DNA of 44,953 bases. Source: a virus (lineage: Duplodnaviria; Caudoviricetes). The notes below the pieces were generated by a model, which was not told the origin of the DNA, made no database searches, and saw nothing but the letters and a program-made list of their open reading frames with translations. The stretch lies in the IMG/VR virus record IMGVR_UViG_3300037419_000729, positions 1 to 44,953 of that record. One strand, written 5' to 3'. Numbering within the stretch: the stretch's first letter is position 1; each line of letters opens with the position of its first letter. Both the position numbers and the translations under genes were made by a program. Positions 35,337-43,170 of this stretch are shown one piece after another.

Positions 35337-36560
35337 TTATTGCAGGCTCACCGTGCCTGGGTTGGCACGGATAGCTGCGGGTTTCGGGACAGACACGGTT
35401 GCAGGCTTGGTGCGAGTAGCAAACCTATTCGCACCGGGTGTGCCAGTGTTGAGGATGTCGAGGCCGCCGACGAGGTCGGACGGGATGAAGTGGAGATACC
35501 GCTCCGAAGTAATCTTCGGGTCGGAGTGTCCGGCCCAGAGCTGGAGCCGCGCCAGGTCCATCCCTCCGCGGGCCAGCCGGGTGAGGGTGGTGTGGCGGAT
35601 GGTGTGGAGAGTGACGTCGCTCAGGTCCATTCCGGTCTCACGCTCAACGTCCTCCTTAATCTGGCGGAACATGACGCCGGCCAGGTTCTCGGCAAAGCCG
35701 AAGAAGCGCCACTCGCCGGTCGCCCGGTCGAGCGTGAGGTGGTCCATCAGTGAGCCCAGACCCTCAACCGACCGATGCGCCAGCGGGAGCTTGCGCGGCT
35801 TCCCGGACTTCGTCCGGTAACGAGGGAAGGTGACGAAGGTCATCCCTCCTTCCTGGGTCAGGGACTTTGGGCCTAGGTTGATGGTCTCGCCCAGCCGACC
35901 GGCCGTGTCGAACAGAAGCCCCAGCAGGACCCGGAACTTGAACCACTGGCGGTTCGGCTCGAGCTGGCGCCGCTTCTCGACGGCGGCCCACATGGCCTCT
36001 TCCTCTCGCGGCTCGATAATGCGGTCCTTGAGATTGTTGACGACGACCGTTGGCATCGCGGGCTTGGCCCGGAGCAGCGGAGCGCCGGTCTCGTCGGTCC
36101 ACATGGTCGCCATCTTGAGGGCCTTGCCGACCATCGCCAGCTTGCGCTTGATGGTGGCGGGTTTGTAGCCACGGGTCTTCATGTCTGTGACGAGCTGGTC
36201 GAGCCGGGTGTAGGTCATGTCCTCCACCGGAACGTCGCCAATGAGGCCGTTGAGGACTTTGACGTTGGACGTGATGGTCCGCTGGGAGCGCACGTTGTCC
36301 GGGTGCCAGACTGTGAGCTGGCACTTGTCAAACAGGTCCGACATGGTGAAGCGTCCGGCCCGTGAACGTGCCTTGGGGGTCGACGGCGACACCGCAGCAC
36401 CGCGGACCCCCAAGACAACCTCCCGCCCGGCAATACGCACGTCGGCGGGAGGGTTTCTCTGCGGAGGCGTCTTGATACCCGTCGAGACACGCCGACGCTT
36501 GCCCTGGTCGTCCTCATAGTCGACGACCCAGATACCGTTGGGTTTCTGACGGAACTTCAT
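35337..36560 (-). CDS. int: Tyrosine recombinase / integrase
   Basis: Catalytic R (TAGRLGE), K (TKSGKPR), HxxR (HTIRHT), H (AGHSD), Y (ERYLH); N-terminal arm-binding RRRVSTG. Confidence 0.95.
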   Translation of the reverse strand: MKFRQKPNGIWVVDYEDDQGKRRRVSTGIKTPPQRNPPADVRIAGREVVLGVRGAAVSPSTPKARSRAGRFTMSDLFDKCQLTVWHPDNVRSQRTITSNVKVLNGLIGDVPVEDMTYTRLDQLVTDMKTRGYKPATIKRKLAMVGKALKMATMWTDETGAPLLRAKPAMPTVVVNNLKDRIIEPREEEAMWAAVEKRRQLEPNRQWFKFRVLLGLLFDTAGRLGETINLGPKSLTQEGGMTFVTFPRYRTKSGKPRKLPLAHRSVEGLGSLMDHLTLDRATGEWRFFGFAENLAGVMFRQIKEDVERETGMDLSDVTLHTIRHTTLTRLARGGMDLARLQLWAGHSDPKITSERYLHFIPSDLVGGLDILNTGTPGANRFATRTKPATVSVPKPAAIRANPGTVSLQ

Positions 36561-36563
36561 GGC

Positions 36564-36767
36564 TTACTCCTTTGGATATAGGCGGTCGCGGATGCGGCAT
36601 AGCCAATAATGCTCTGGAGATTTATCAAAGAGGTCTTCGATATATCCGTCGAGCCATAGCTTCTCCGTGCGGAGGGCTACGCGTTGGTCTAATGCCTTCT
36701 CTCGAGAAAGCTGTCGCCTTCTCTCCGCATCCACAACGAACGGGCTCTCACACTCGGCCCCTCTCAC
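36564..36767 (-). CDS. Small hypothetical protein in the lysogeny cassette
   Basis: 67 aa; GTG start overlaps the repressor stop. Confidence 0.55.
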   Translation of the reverse strand: MRGAECESPFVVDAERRRQLSREKALDQRVALRTEKLWLDGYIEDLFDKSPEHYWLCRIRDRLYPKE

Positions 36768-37237
36768 TGTGTCCGCCTCTTGTTCGGCATGGTGATTGGC
36801 TCGAGCGCAAGAAGCGCCCCGTCAATGACGGCCTTGCCCTTGTTGGTCAGCCGGAGGAACTGCTCCCGGCTGTCGTCCGGGTTCTCCTCGGTGGTCAGCC
36901 AGCCGAGCGCCTTGGGAAACACCCGGCTGGGCTCGAGGAGCTGCCGGTAGGTGTTCCGGACGGAACCCCCGAAGTTGTCGCCATACGCATGGATGAGCTG
37001 GGTCCGGGTGGCCGGCTTGCCAGCGGCATCGGCGGTCGCCGCCAACATGAAGAAGGCGGCCTGGGTCAGGCTCAAGCGGTCAGACGCAACATCAGACAGG
37101 TAGAGCAGGAACGCCGATGAGGCGCCCAACTCTCCGACGCGCTTCCAGAGCGGCGTGGATGAAACACTCCTCATCATATCCGTGCCCCCCATAATCGGTC
37201 CCTGCGCGCCCGCCTTTATCTGTGCAGGCATCTTCAT
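36764..37237 (-). CDS. MarR-type winged-helix regulator, putative repressor; start uncertain (37279/37237/37177)
   Basis: LSLTQ...GWL..EENPDDSRE..LRLT.KG wing motif; next to integrase; GAGGAG RBS. Confidence 0.8.
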   Translation of the reverse strand: MKMPAQIKAGAQGPIMGGTDMMRSVSSTPLWKRVGELGASSAFLLYLSDVASDRLSLTQAAFFMLAATADAAGKPATRTQLIHAYGDNFGGSVRNTYRQLLEPSRVFPKALGWLTTEENPDDSREQFLRLTNKGKAVIDGALLALEPITMPNKRRTQ

Positions 37238-37340
37238 AATACTCCTCTTCTGGGCCGAATGTATCGGCCTCCATTCCATTCGTCATAAAACTAGTCCCCG
37301 CCCCGTGGCTGATTAATGGTCTTATTTCGGTGACTGACAC

Positions 37341-37369
37341 GTTATCGGGACTGGCACGAAAAGTGTCAA
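37341..37369 (-). promoter_or_regulatory. Sigma70-type promoter for repressor/integrase (TTGACA-N17-GATAAC), overlapped by operator-like sites
   Basis: -35 at 37369-37364, -10 at 37346-37341; operator-like GACACGTTATCGGGAC at 37336-37351. Confidence 0.65.
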
Positions 37370-37497
37370 CCCCGACTGCGTCAATAAAAGTTAATTCTCG
37401 ACTCCCCACACACCCCACTTTAGCGGGGCAATTCCCCGTGGCTGGGGACGGCGGGTGGACTTGGGTCAGAAGGCTCGGGCTCTGCCCGCCGTTACTC

Positions 37498-37785
37498 TCA
37501 GCGGCCACAGTCTTCTCCCGTGAGTTCGAGGAGGCCGGACGGGGCAACCCAGGCCAGCTTGCCGCCCCGACAAAGATAGACGTCGGGAGCCGCATCATCG
37601 TCATCGACCGGAACAATTTTAGGCGAAACCGATTGCCAGGCCCCACCGACTCGTTCGAGGCGGGAGTCAATCGGCCCCATCTGCTCCTCAACAAACTTCT
37701 TGGAAACCGCTGCTGCAATTTCCGCATCATCCGCCTCGACGACGACACGAACGAACACCGGAACGTCCACCGTAAACTCTCTCAT
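37498..37785 (-). CDS. Hypothetical acidic protein
   Basis: 95 aa, GGAG RBS. Confidence 0.65.
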   Translation of the reverse strand: MREFTVDVPVFVRVVVEADDAEIAAAVSKKFVEEQMGPIDSRLERVGGAWQSVSPKIVPVDDDDAAPDVYLCRGGKLAWVAPSGLLELTGEDCGR

Positions 37786-37889
37786 GTTGACACTTCTCCC
37801 GCTCTTATGGTCGCAGCCGGTATCAGCCCGCCCCCACCCAGCGCGATGAGCTGAATGAGGGCGGGTCGTTCCCAGCCACGGGAAACTGA

Positions 37890-37976
37890 TTAACCTGGGT
37901 TGGGGCCGTCGCTGTCGAAGGTGGCGACAGATATGGCACAGTAGATGGCGATGATTAGGAGGATTACTGCGAGCAC
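37890..37976 (-). CDS. 28-aa membrane peptide (not in ORF track)
   Basis: GAGG RBS, GTG start, MLAVILLIIAIYCAISVATFDSDGPNPG. Confidence 0.45.
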   Translation of the reverse strand: MLAVILLIIAIYCAISVATFDSDGPNPG

Positions 37977-38374
37977 TTGAACCTCAACCTCCTTTCAATA
38001 TCGTCCAGAACGTCCGGGTCTATAGCCTCCGCGAGGTCGCGCTCGACTCGGTAGACCTCCACCCCATCGACCCGAACCGAAGCTAGGTAGGGGTGGGCTG
38101 CTCCGCGGCAGTCGTAGCCCTCGATGTGGACATGATGGACGGCGGCCTTGCTCCAGCCACGTCGCATCAGCTCCGCCCGGAGGCGGGCGTTGACTACGCC
38201 ACAGGTTGGGCAAGTGCAGACCTCCTTGTCCTCTCCGCTAAGGGTTGAGATAAGTTTCTCAATCCCCTCCGATGCGACGTTGGCATATGGGTCCGACTGA
38301 GCGTCCCATTCGACGGCCGCCTGGGCCGTCTTCGCGAGCTTCTTGACCCGCTCGATGTGGTCGAGTGTTGTCAC
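37964..38374 (-). CDS. Hypothetical protein with CxCxxC motif
   Basis: GTGA overlap with upstream stop; 136 aa. Confidence 0.6.
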   Translation of the reverse strand: MTTLDHIERVKKLAKTAQAAVEWDAQSDPYANVASEGIEKLISTLSGEDKEVCTCPTCGVVNARLRAELMRRGWSKAAVHHVHIEGYDCRGAAHPYLASVRVDGVEVYRVERDLAEAIDPDVLDDIERRLRFKCSQ

Positions 38375-38709
38375 TTTCTCTTTCCATTCCTTGACAGTGC
38401 CCGCACGGCAAAGCTCGGCAGGCTGGCGGCCCCACTGGCGACAGCGAAGGCGTGACCTCGCTCCCACTCATCCCGAAGGTCGGGCGAGCCGTAGGGGTTG
38501 GCGGTCATCCCGCGCTCGGCATCGGAGCGCCCGAGCAGAAACGCGGGGGTCTCGTTGTCGTTTGAGGGCGGCGTGATGTGGTCGTTGAGCCAGGCCAGAA
38601 GGCGGGGCTTGTCGGTCGGAACGTCAACCGGCTCCCAGCCTCGGCCGTCCTTGCGGGCCTCGTCTTGGCGACCAACCCAGGTTCCCTTGGCGGTGCGGTA
38701 GAGGCGCAT
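38371..38709 (-). CDS. Hypothetical protein, C-terminal Rmf/CrpP-like motif
   Basis: AF..G..DA..G...NPY......EW..G pattern. Confidence 0.6.
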   Translation of the reverse strand: MRLYRTAKGTWVGRQDEARKDGRGWEPVDVPTDKPRLLAWLNDHITPPSNDNETPAFLLGRSDAERGMTANPYGSPDLRDEWERGHAFAVASGAASLPSFAVRALSRNGKRK

Positions 38710-38873
38710 TAGTAGACGTCCCGCCAGAAGGTAAGCCGGTCGGCTAGGTTGGCTCCGGCGTCGTAGGCCTCATTCCAATCCTGATTAGTTTCGTGGGTGC
38801 GTCCGAAGGCATCTCCGAGCGTCAGTCGCTCCCAGAATCCTTGTGCGTAAGCGAAGATGAGAGTGTCACGCAT
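38709..38873 (-). CDS. Small hypothetical protein
   Basis: AGGAG RBS; 54 aa. Confidence 0.6.
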   Translation of the reverse strand: MRDTLIFAYAQGFWERLTLGDAFGRTHETNQDWNEAYDAGANLADRLTFWRDVY

Positions 38874-39045
38874 TTGCCTGCTCCTGTGGCTGGGGTTTTG
38901 AGCCGTGAACGGTGAAGTAGATGATGGCCTGGTCCAGCTCCTCGATGACTTCGCGGTGTTCCTCACGAACACTGTCTTCTTCGTTCTCCCAGGCGAGAAG
39001 CGAAGCCTCGGCTGCGGCAAGCAGCCGTTCAGTTGCGTAGTTCAT
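38866..39045 (-). CDS. Small acidic hypothetical protein (not in ORF track)
   Basis: AGGAGG RBS, ATGA overlap with the TrxR-like stop; MNYATERLLAAAEASLLAWENEEDSVREEH... Confidence 0.65.
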   Translation of the reverse strand: MNYATERLLAAAEASLLAWENEEDSVREEHREVIEELDQAIIYFTVHGSKPQPQEQANA

Positions 39046-39998
39046 GCGTGTTCCTCCTGTGGCTGGGGCTGCGGATTGAGATGCTTCCAGACGGCGGGGA
39101 CGCAGCTCGCTCCCTCGCCGACCGCGTTGGCGACCCGCTTGACGGAGCCGCTGCGGACGTCGCCCACAGCATAGAGGCCAGGCGTATCCGTCGACTTGTC
39201 CTCGTCCGTGATGACGAACCCGTGTGCATCGAGAGGGCAGAGCCCCATCAAGAACTCCGAGTTGGGCTTTGCGCCAATCATCACGAACAGGTCGGAGACC
39301 GGCAGCCGCTCGGTAACGTGCGTGTCGAGCCCGAGCAGGAGCAGCCGTTCCAGCGCCTCGCCGCCCTCGGCATGGGCGATGACCGTCCGCCGATGGATGG
39401 TGATGTTCGGGTGGGCCTCGATGCGCTCGATGAGGTAGTGCGACATGGTCTCGGTCAGGCTGTCGCGACGGACTATTAGGTGGACGTGCTTGGCCCGGTC
39501 AGCGAGGAAGACCGCGGCCTGCCCGGCGCTGTTGCCGCCGCCGACGACCGCCACCGAGCCTAGCTTACGGCCGTGAATGGTCTGGGCGGTGCAGGCATAG
39601 TGGACTCCGTGGCCCTCGAAGTCCTGGACGTTGGTCTCTGGGGCGAGCTTGTTGTAGCGAGCGCCGCTGGCGATGATGACCGCTCGAGCGCGGACGATGG
39701 TCCCCTTCTTGGTGACGAGGATGTAGCCAGTCTGCGAGCGAGCGAGGGCTTCGACCGTGCATTGGATGGTGTCGACCCCAAACTTGTCGCACTGTGCGGC
39801 TGCGAGGTGAGTGAGGTCCGGCCCGGAGACGCCCTTCGGAAACCCCATGTAGTTCTCGATGAGAGAGCTGGTGCCGGCCTGCCCGCCCTTCTCGGCGCAG
39901 AGCATGGCCGTCGAAAGGCCCTCACTGGCAGCGTTGAGTGCGGCGGACAGGCCAGCGGGGCCGCCGCCGATGACGGCGACGTCATAGGTGTCGGGCAT
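39042..39998 (-). CDS. Thioredoxin-reductase-like FAD/NADPH oxidoreductase lacking the CxxC motif
   Basis: GGGPAG FAD motif, GGQAGTSS.IENY.GFP, GGGNSA NADPH motif, GDVR...KRVA.AVGEG; active-site region reads HYACTAQT. Confidence 0.9.
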   Translation of the reverse strand: MPDTYDVAVIGGGPAGLSAALNAASEGLSTAMLCAEKGGQAGTSSLIENYMGFPKGVSGPDLTHLAAAQCDKFGVDTIQCTVEALARSQTGYILVTKKGTIVRARAVIIASGARYNKLAPETNVQDFEGHGVHYACTAQTIHGRKLGSVAVVGGGNSAGQAAVFLADRAKHVHLIVRRDSLTETMSHYLIERIEAHPNITIHRRTVIAHAEGGEALERLLLLGLDTHVTERLPVSDLFVMIGAKPNSEFLMGLCPLDAHGFVITDEDKSTDTPGLYAVGDVRSGSVKRVANAVGEGASCVPAVWKHLNPQPQPQEEHA

Positions 39999-40020
39999 TG
40001 ATGGTCCCCTTTGTGGCGGG

Positions 40021-40272
40021 TCAGAGAGTGTGGTGAAGCGTGTCCTCTGTCGGGCGGTCTTCGGCCTTGCGAAGAAGTCCGCGCTGGAGGAGGTCGTTGG
40101 CGGTGCGGCCGAACCAACCTTGCAGCTTCCACACTAGGCCAGTGTCGACGAGGTGCTGCCAAGCCCGCATGGTGGTATCCGGGTCGGCTTCGGCAAAGCC
40201 TTCGGCAATGCTGACCGCGTCGAAGTCCGTTAGCGGGTCGTCTCGGAGTTCGAGGGTTTGCTTATGGAGCAT
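40021..40272 (-). CDS. Conserved small early phage protein
   Basis: GGGGAG RBS; WQ.LVDTG..W.LQG.FGR.A motif. Confidence 0.75.
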   Translation of the reverse strand: MLHKQTLELRDDPLTDFDAVSIAEGFAEADPDTTMRAWQHLVDTGLVWKLQGWFGRTANDLLQRGLLRKAEDRPTEDTLHHTL

Positions 40273-40297
40273 GATGGTCTCCCTGGGGCGGGGTGGG

Positions 40298-40810
40298 TCA
40301 AATCAGATAGGCGCGGCCGTCATCGCCAACGTAGGTCTCGACCTTGGGAAAGGCGGTGCCGTGGCCGACGAGCGCGGAGAGGTCATAGCCAAGACCGACA
40401 ACCGGGTCGCCGCCTTCACCGTAGGTGAAGCTCCGGTCCCAGAAGCCAGCGCCGTGGCCGTTACGGGTTAGCCAGAAGTCGGTGGCCGCCTTCTCAATCG
40501 TGTAGGGCCCACCGTCGGTCCAGAGGTCTCCCAGACCTATCTGGCTGGCGATGATAGGTTGGGCTGCGAGAATGAACCGGTCTGCATCGGCCAGCATGGC
40601 GGAAATCTGGCCGTCACCCCATCCTCCCGGACCTTCAACGGTGAGGTCGAGGCCGGTGAGGTCGCCGTCCGGCCACCCGTCCGTGAAGCTGATGGCCTCC
40701 AAATAGCCAGCGAGAAATCGACGGAGCTTCTGCCGGTCGACCGTGTAAAGCAGCTCACTTCCAGTGACGGGCAGATAGGTAGCGAGCACGTCATCATAGT
40801 GGACGTTCAT
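40298..40810 (-). CDS. Conserved early phage protein
   Basis: GGAGG RBS; DFWLTRNGHGAGFWDR motif. Confidence 0.8.
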   Translation of the reverse strand: MNVHYDDVLATYLPVTGSELLYTVDRQKLRRFLAGYLEAISFTDGWPDGDLTGLDLTVEGPGGWGDGQISAMLADADRFILAAQPIIASQIGLGDLWTDGGPYTIEKAATDFWLTRNGHGAGFWDRSFTYGEGGDPVVGLGYDLSALVGHGTAFPKVETYVGDDGRAYLI

Positions 40811-40837
40811 TTCTGCCTCCTGTGGCTGAGGTGCGGG

Positions 40838-41074
40838 TCAGGCCGCTTTGTCGAGCGCGATTACAGCGTTACGGGCGCGGCGGCACTCGTTGGCTTCCGC
40901 CAGAGGGACGAGCGCCATGCTGGGGTGGCCGGCATTGAGAGCGGCTAGTTCGGCTTCGACCGTTCGCCTAAGGTCGAGCGCATGGTGACGAGCACCGCGG
41001 GTGAAGTTGGGCGAGCGGGCGATGGTGTCGAGCCGCTGGCGAGCGAGGTCTAATAGGGTTTCATACGCGAGCAT
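40838..41074 (-). CDS. Hypothetical protein
   Basis: AGGAG RBS; 78 aa helical. Confidence 0.6.
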   Translation of the reverse strand: MLAYETLLDLARQRLDTIARSPNFTRGARHHALDLRRTVEAELAALNAGHPSMALVPLAEANECRRARNAVIALDKAA

Positions 41075-41215
41075 ACGACGCACTCCTGAGTGAGAATGAA
41101 GTGAATATCGCTGGCGTGGTCAGGCTTCGTGCAGATGACGAGCAGCGACAGGGCCGCGAAGGAGACGCGGCAGCGCGTGAAGAGGAACACGGCTCCCTCC
41201 CGTGGCTGGTGGGGT

Positions 41216-41398
41216 TTAGAAGCCCTGTTCGGTGACGTGCCGTTCGACCTCGGCCAGAGCGTAGTCGAGCCCGTCGAGGTTCATCTTGACGCTGGCAACG
41301 AGCGGGTGGCCGGTGGGCAGGCCCTCGAAGTCCTCACGGGCCGCGAGGGCAGCTTCTTGCATCCGTGAGACGCGGTCGGAGAGTGGTGTGTCGAACAT
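41216..41398 (-). CDS. Hypothetical protein
   Basis: 60 aa, AAGGG RBS after CAGCCAC motif. Confidence 0.65.
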   Translation of the reverse strand: MFDTPLSDRVSRMQEAALAAREDFEGLPTGHPLVASVKMNLDGLDYALAEVERHVTEQGF

Positions 41399-41431
41399 TA
41401 GTAGTTCCCTTCTGTGGCTGGGCGGTGAAAC

Positions 41432-41881
41432 TTAGGCGGCGAGAGGGTGCGTAAGAGGCTCGCTCTTTAGGAGCCGTGCCCGGTCACGCCGGAATAGAAC
41501 CTGATACTGGCCCTTCTTCACATCGCAGTCGGGACACTCGTAAATGTCGAGCGTCATCCCGAACTTGGCGAAGTCAGGCAGGGCTTTCGGAGGAAACCAA
41601 TGGTAGAATTGGGCGAGGTCAACGCACCCAACAACCCACTGGCCAGGGTCAGGCAGAACAATCTCCGCCAACCCCATTTCATCGAGCAATTCGGTGGTCG
41701 AATTGTCCAACCCAAAGACGTCTTTGAGGTGATGCGGGTGAGCCTTATCGAGCCCAACTAGGGCTCCCGGCTCAACCTTTATCCAAGGGACGTGTTGCCA
41801 CATCCCGCGAGCCTCGGCTTTATTAGTAATGCCGACGAATGGCCCTTCACGGTCTGCGTTCTCCATCCGATAGATACGCAT
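41432..41881 (-). CDS. Hypothetical early protein, possibly ADP-ribosyltransferase-like fold
   Basis: IYR.E...GPF start, GC..L.Q..HWF, G..QV.F C-terminus. Confidence 0.7.
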   Translation of the reverse strand: MRIYRMENADREGPFVGITNKAEARGMWQHVPWIKVEPGALVGLDKAHPHHLKDVFGLDNSTTELLDEMGLAEIVLPDPGQWVVGCVDLAQFYHWFPPKALPDFAKFGMTLDIYECPDCDVKKGQYQVLFRRDRARLLKSEPLTHPLAA

Positions 41882-41911
41882 GATGTTTCCCTTGTGGCTG
41901 GTAAAGGGTTG

Positions 41912-41927
41912 GGCGTGTTAACGTGCT
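41912..41927. promoter_or_regulatory. Putative operator (13/16), intergenic in early region
   Basis: GGCGTGTTAACGTGCT. Confidence 0.5.
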
Positions 41928-41929
41928 TG

Positions 41930-42529
41930 TCAGGCGAGAAGGTCGTTAAGGACGAGTTCGCCGGTCGAAGGGCGGACCATGACGTTGCCGGGGTGGGCGT
42001 CCCAATCAACGCCCCAATCGTCCATTGCGGCCTTCAAGGAGCGCAAGGCGTCCTTCATCGGCCCGTTTCGGCCAAACTTGATACGCCGTTCGTTCTCGTT
42101 TGGGTTCCAGCGGCTCGACCATTTGCGATACTCGTCCGGCCAAGTGCTCTCATCCTCCCACTCGAATTCATCGCTATCTTCTACGAATGAGGTGAGGCAC
42201 TCCGCTTCGTAGGCGAAATCATAGTCTCCATAGAGGTCGATGACCCCGTAAATCTTCGGAAGATGCGGATTGTGGGGATTGGCAAGAGCCGCATCGACGG
42301 TCGCCCGCTGACCTTCTCCGTCCGCAAACTTGAGCACTCGCGAGCGGTCAGGTGAGATAAAGACGTTGGTAAAGGAGCCGTCGCCAACTGGCTTCCACCC
42401 TTCTCTCATGAGTCCCGTGAAAACCTCTTCAAGGTCGCAGTCGGGAGTGACCTTGGTGCCAATGGCATAGGTGCCGGGACCACGTGGCGGGAGCCCGAGG
42501 TCGAGTTCGGGTTGAGGTTGAGGTTGCAT
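41930..42529 (-). CDS. Serine/threonine protein kinase (T7 gp0.7-like kinase domain)
   Basis: GDGSFTNVF Gly loop, VLK, NPHLPKIY, DAHPGNVM catalytic loop, LND. Confidence 0.88.
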   Translation of the reverse strand: MQPQPQPELDLGLPPRGPGTYAIGTKVTPDCDLEEVFTGLMREGWKPVGDGSFTNVFISPDRSRVLKFADGEGQRATVDAALANPHNPHLPKIYGVIDLYGDYDFAYEAECLTSFVEDSDEFEWEDESTWPDEYRKWSSRWNPNENERRIKFGRNGPMKDALRSLKAAMDDWGVDWDAHPGNVMVRPSTGELVLNDLLA

Positions 42530-42558
42530 GATGTTTCCCCCGTGGCCGGTGAGGGTTG

Positions 42559-42798
42559 CTAGGCGAGGCCGACGTGGCGCTTGGCCGTGGCAAGCTGGCG
42601 AGCGGTCAGATAGTAGGGGTGTTGTTCGTCCCAGACGATGAACCCCCGACCATGCGGCTCCGCAGCGGCGACTTCGTCAGCCCAGAACTGAGCAAGCAGC
42701 CCTTCGCCGTCCTGCTGGTCGAAGATGACCATTTGATTGTGAGCATCATCCTCACGAATTAGGTTCTTGTCCCGATTGATGCGTCCAACTCTGTCCAC
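42559..42798 (-). CDS. Hypothetical protein
   Basis: AAGGAG RBS; 79 aa. Confidence 0.65.
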   Translation of the reverse strand: MDRVGRINRDKNLIREDDAHNQMVIFDQQDGEGLLAQFWADEVAAAEPHGRGFIVWDEQHPYYLTARQLATAKRHVGLA

Positions 42799-42822
42799 AA
42801 CAAATCTCCTTTTACGTTAAGG

Positions 42823-43170
42823 TCAGGCGGCGTTCGCCAGAGGCGGCGCTAGGCGACCTCCGTCGAGCGTTAGGAATTGTGAGGGGTCGAATGGACCCCA
42901 TTCGAGCGAGTTAGGCCCGATAAGGTGCCCATCGTGCCCGTCCCAGACCGCTATGGCGTCCTGTTGCAAGAACCGTGCGACCTCATAGGCGGCGGCGGTC
43001 GAGAGCGGGTGCCGCAACTCGGCAATGAGGGTCGGCTCGCTGTCGATGTTGTGGACCGTGGCGGCGGTCGCAGCTTGGCCCGATATGACAGCCAGCGCGG
43101 CCAGAGCATGGCGCGGAAGTAGCAGCTTGCCCTTGGCGTCCAAGCCGATGTTGACGAGGGTCTTAGGCAT
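42823..43170 (-). CDS. Putative S-adenosylmethionine lyase (T3 SAMase-like)
   Basis: NIGL, SEPTL, LQQDAIAV and LIGP...WG.F.P motifs; early position; GGAGG RBS. Confidence 0.6.
   Translation of the reverse strand: MPKTLVNIGLDAKGKLLLPRHALAALAVISGQAATAATVHNIDSEPTLIAELRHPLSTAAAYEVARFLQQDAIAVWDGHDGHLIGPNSLEWGPFDPSQFLTLDGGRLAPPLANAA

Noticed and set aside
38886-42548. CAGCCAC motif as extended pairing to 16S rRNA, or as a CRISPR-like repeat
   Set aside because: Antiparallel pairing with the 16S GGCUGG would place the motif downstream of the SD, not upstream. The repeats are only 7-10 bp and are separated by whole genes.
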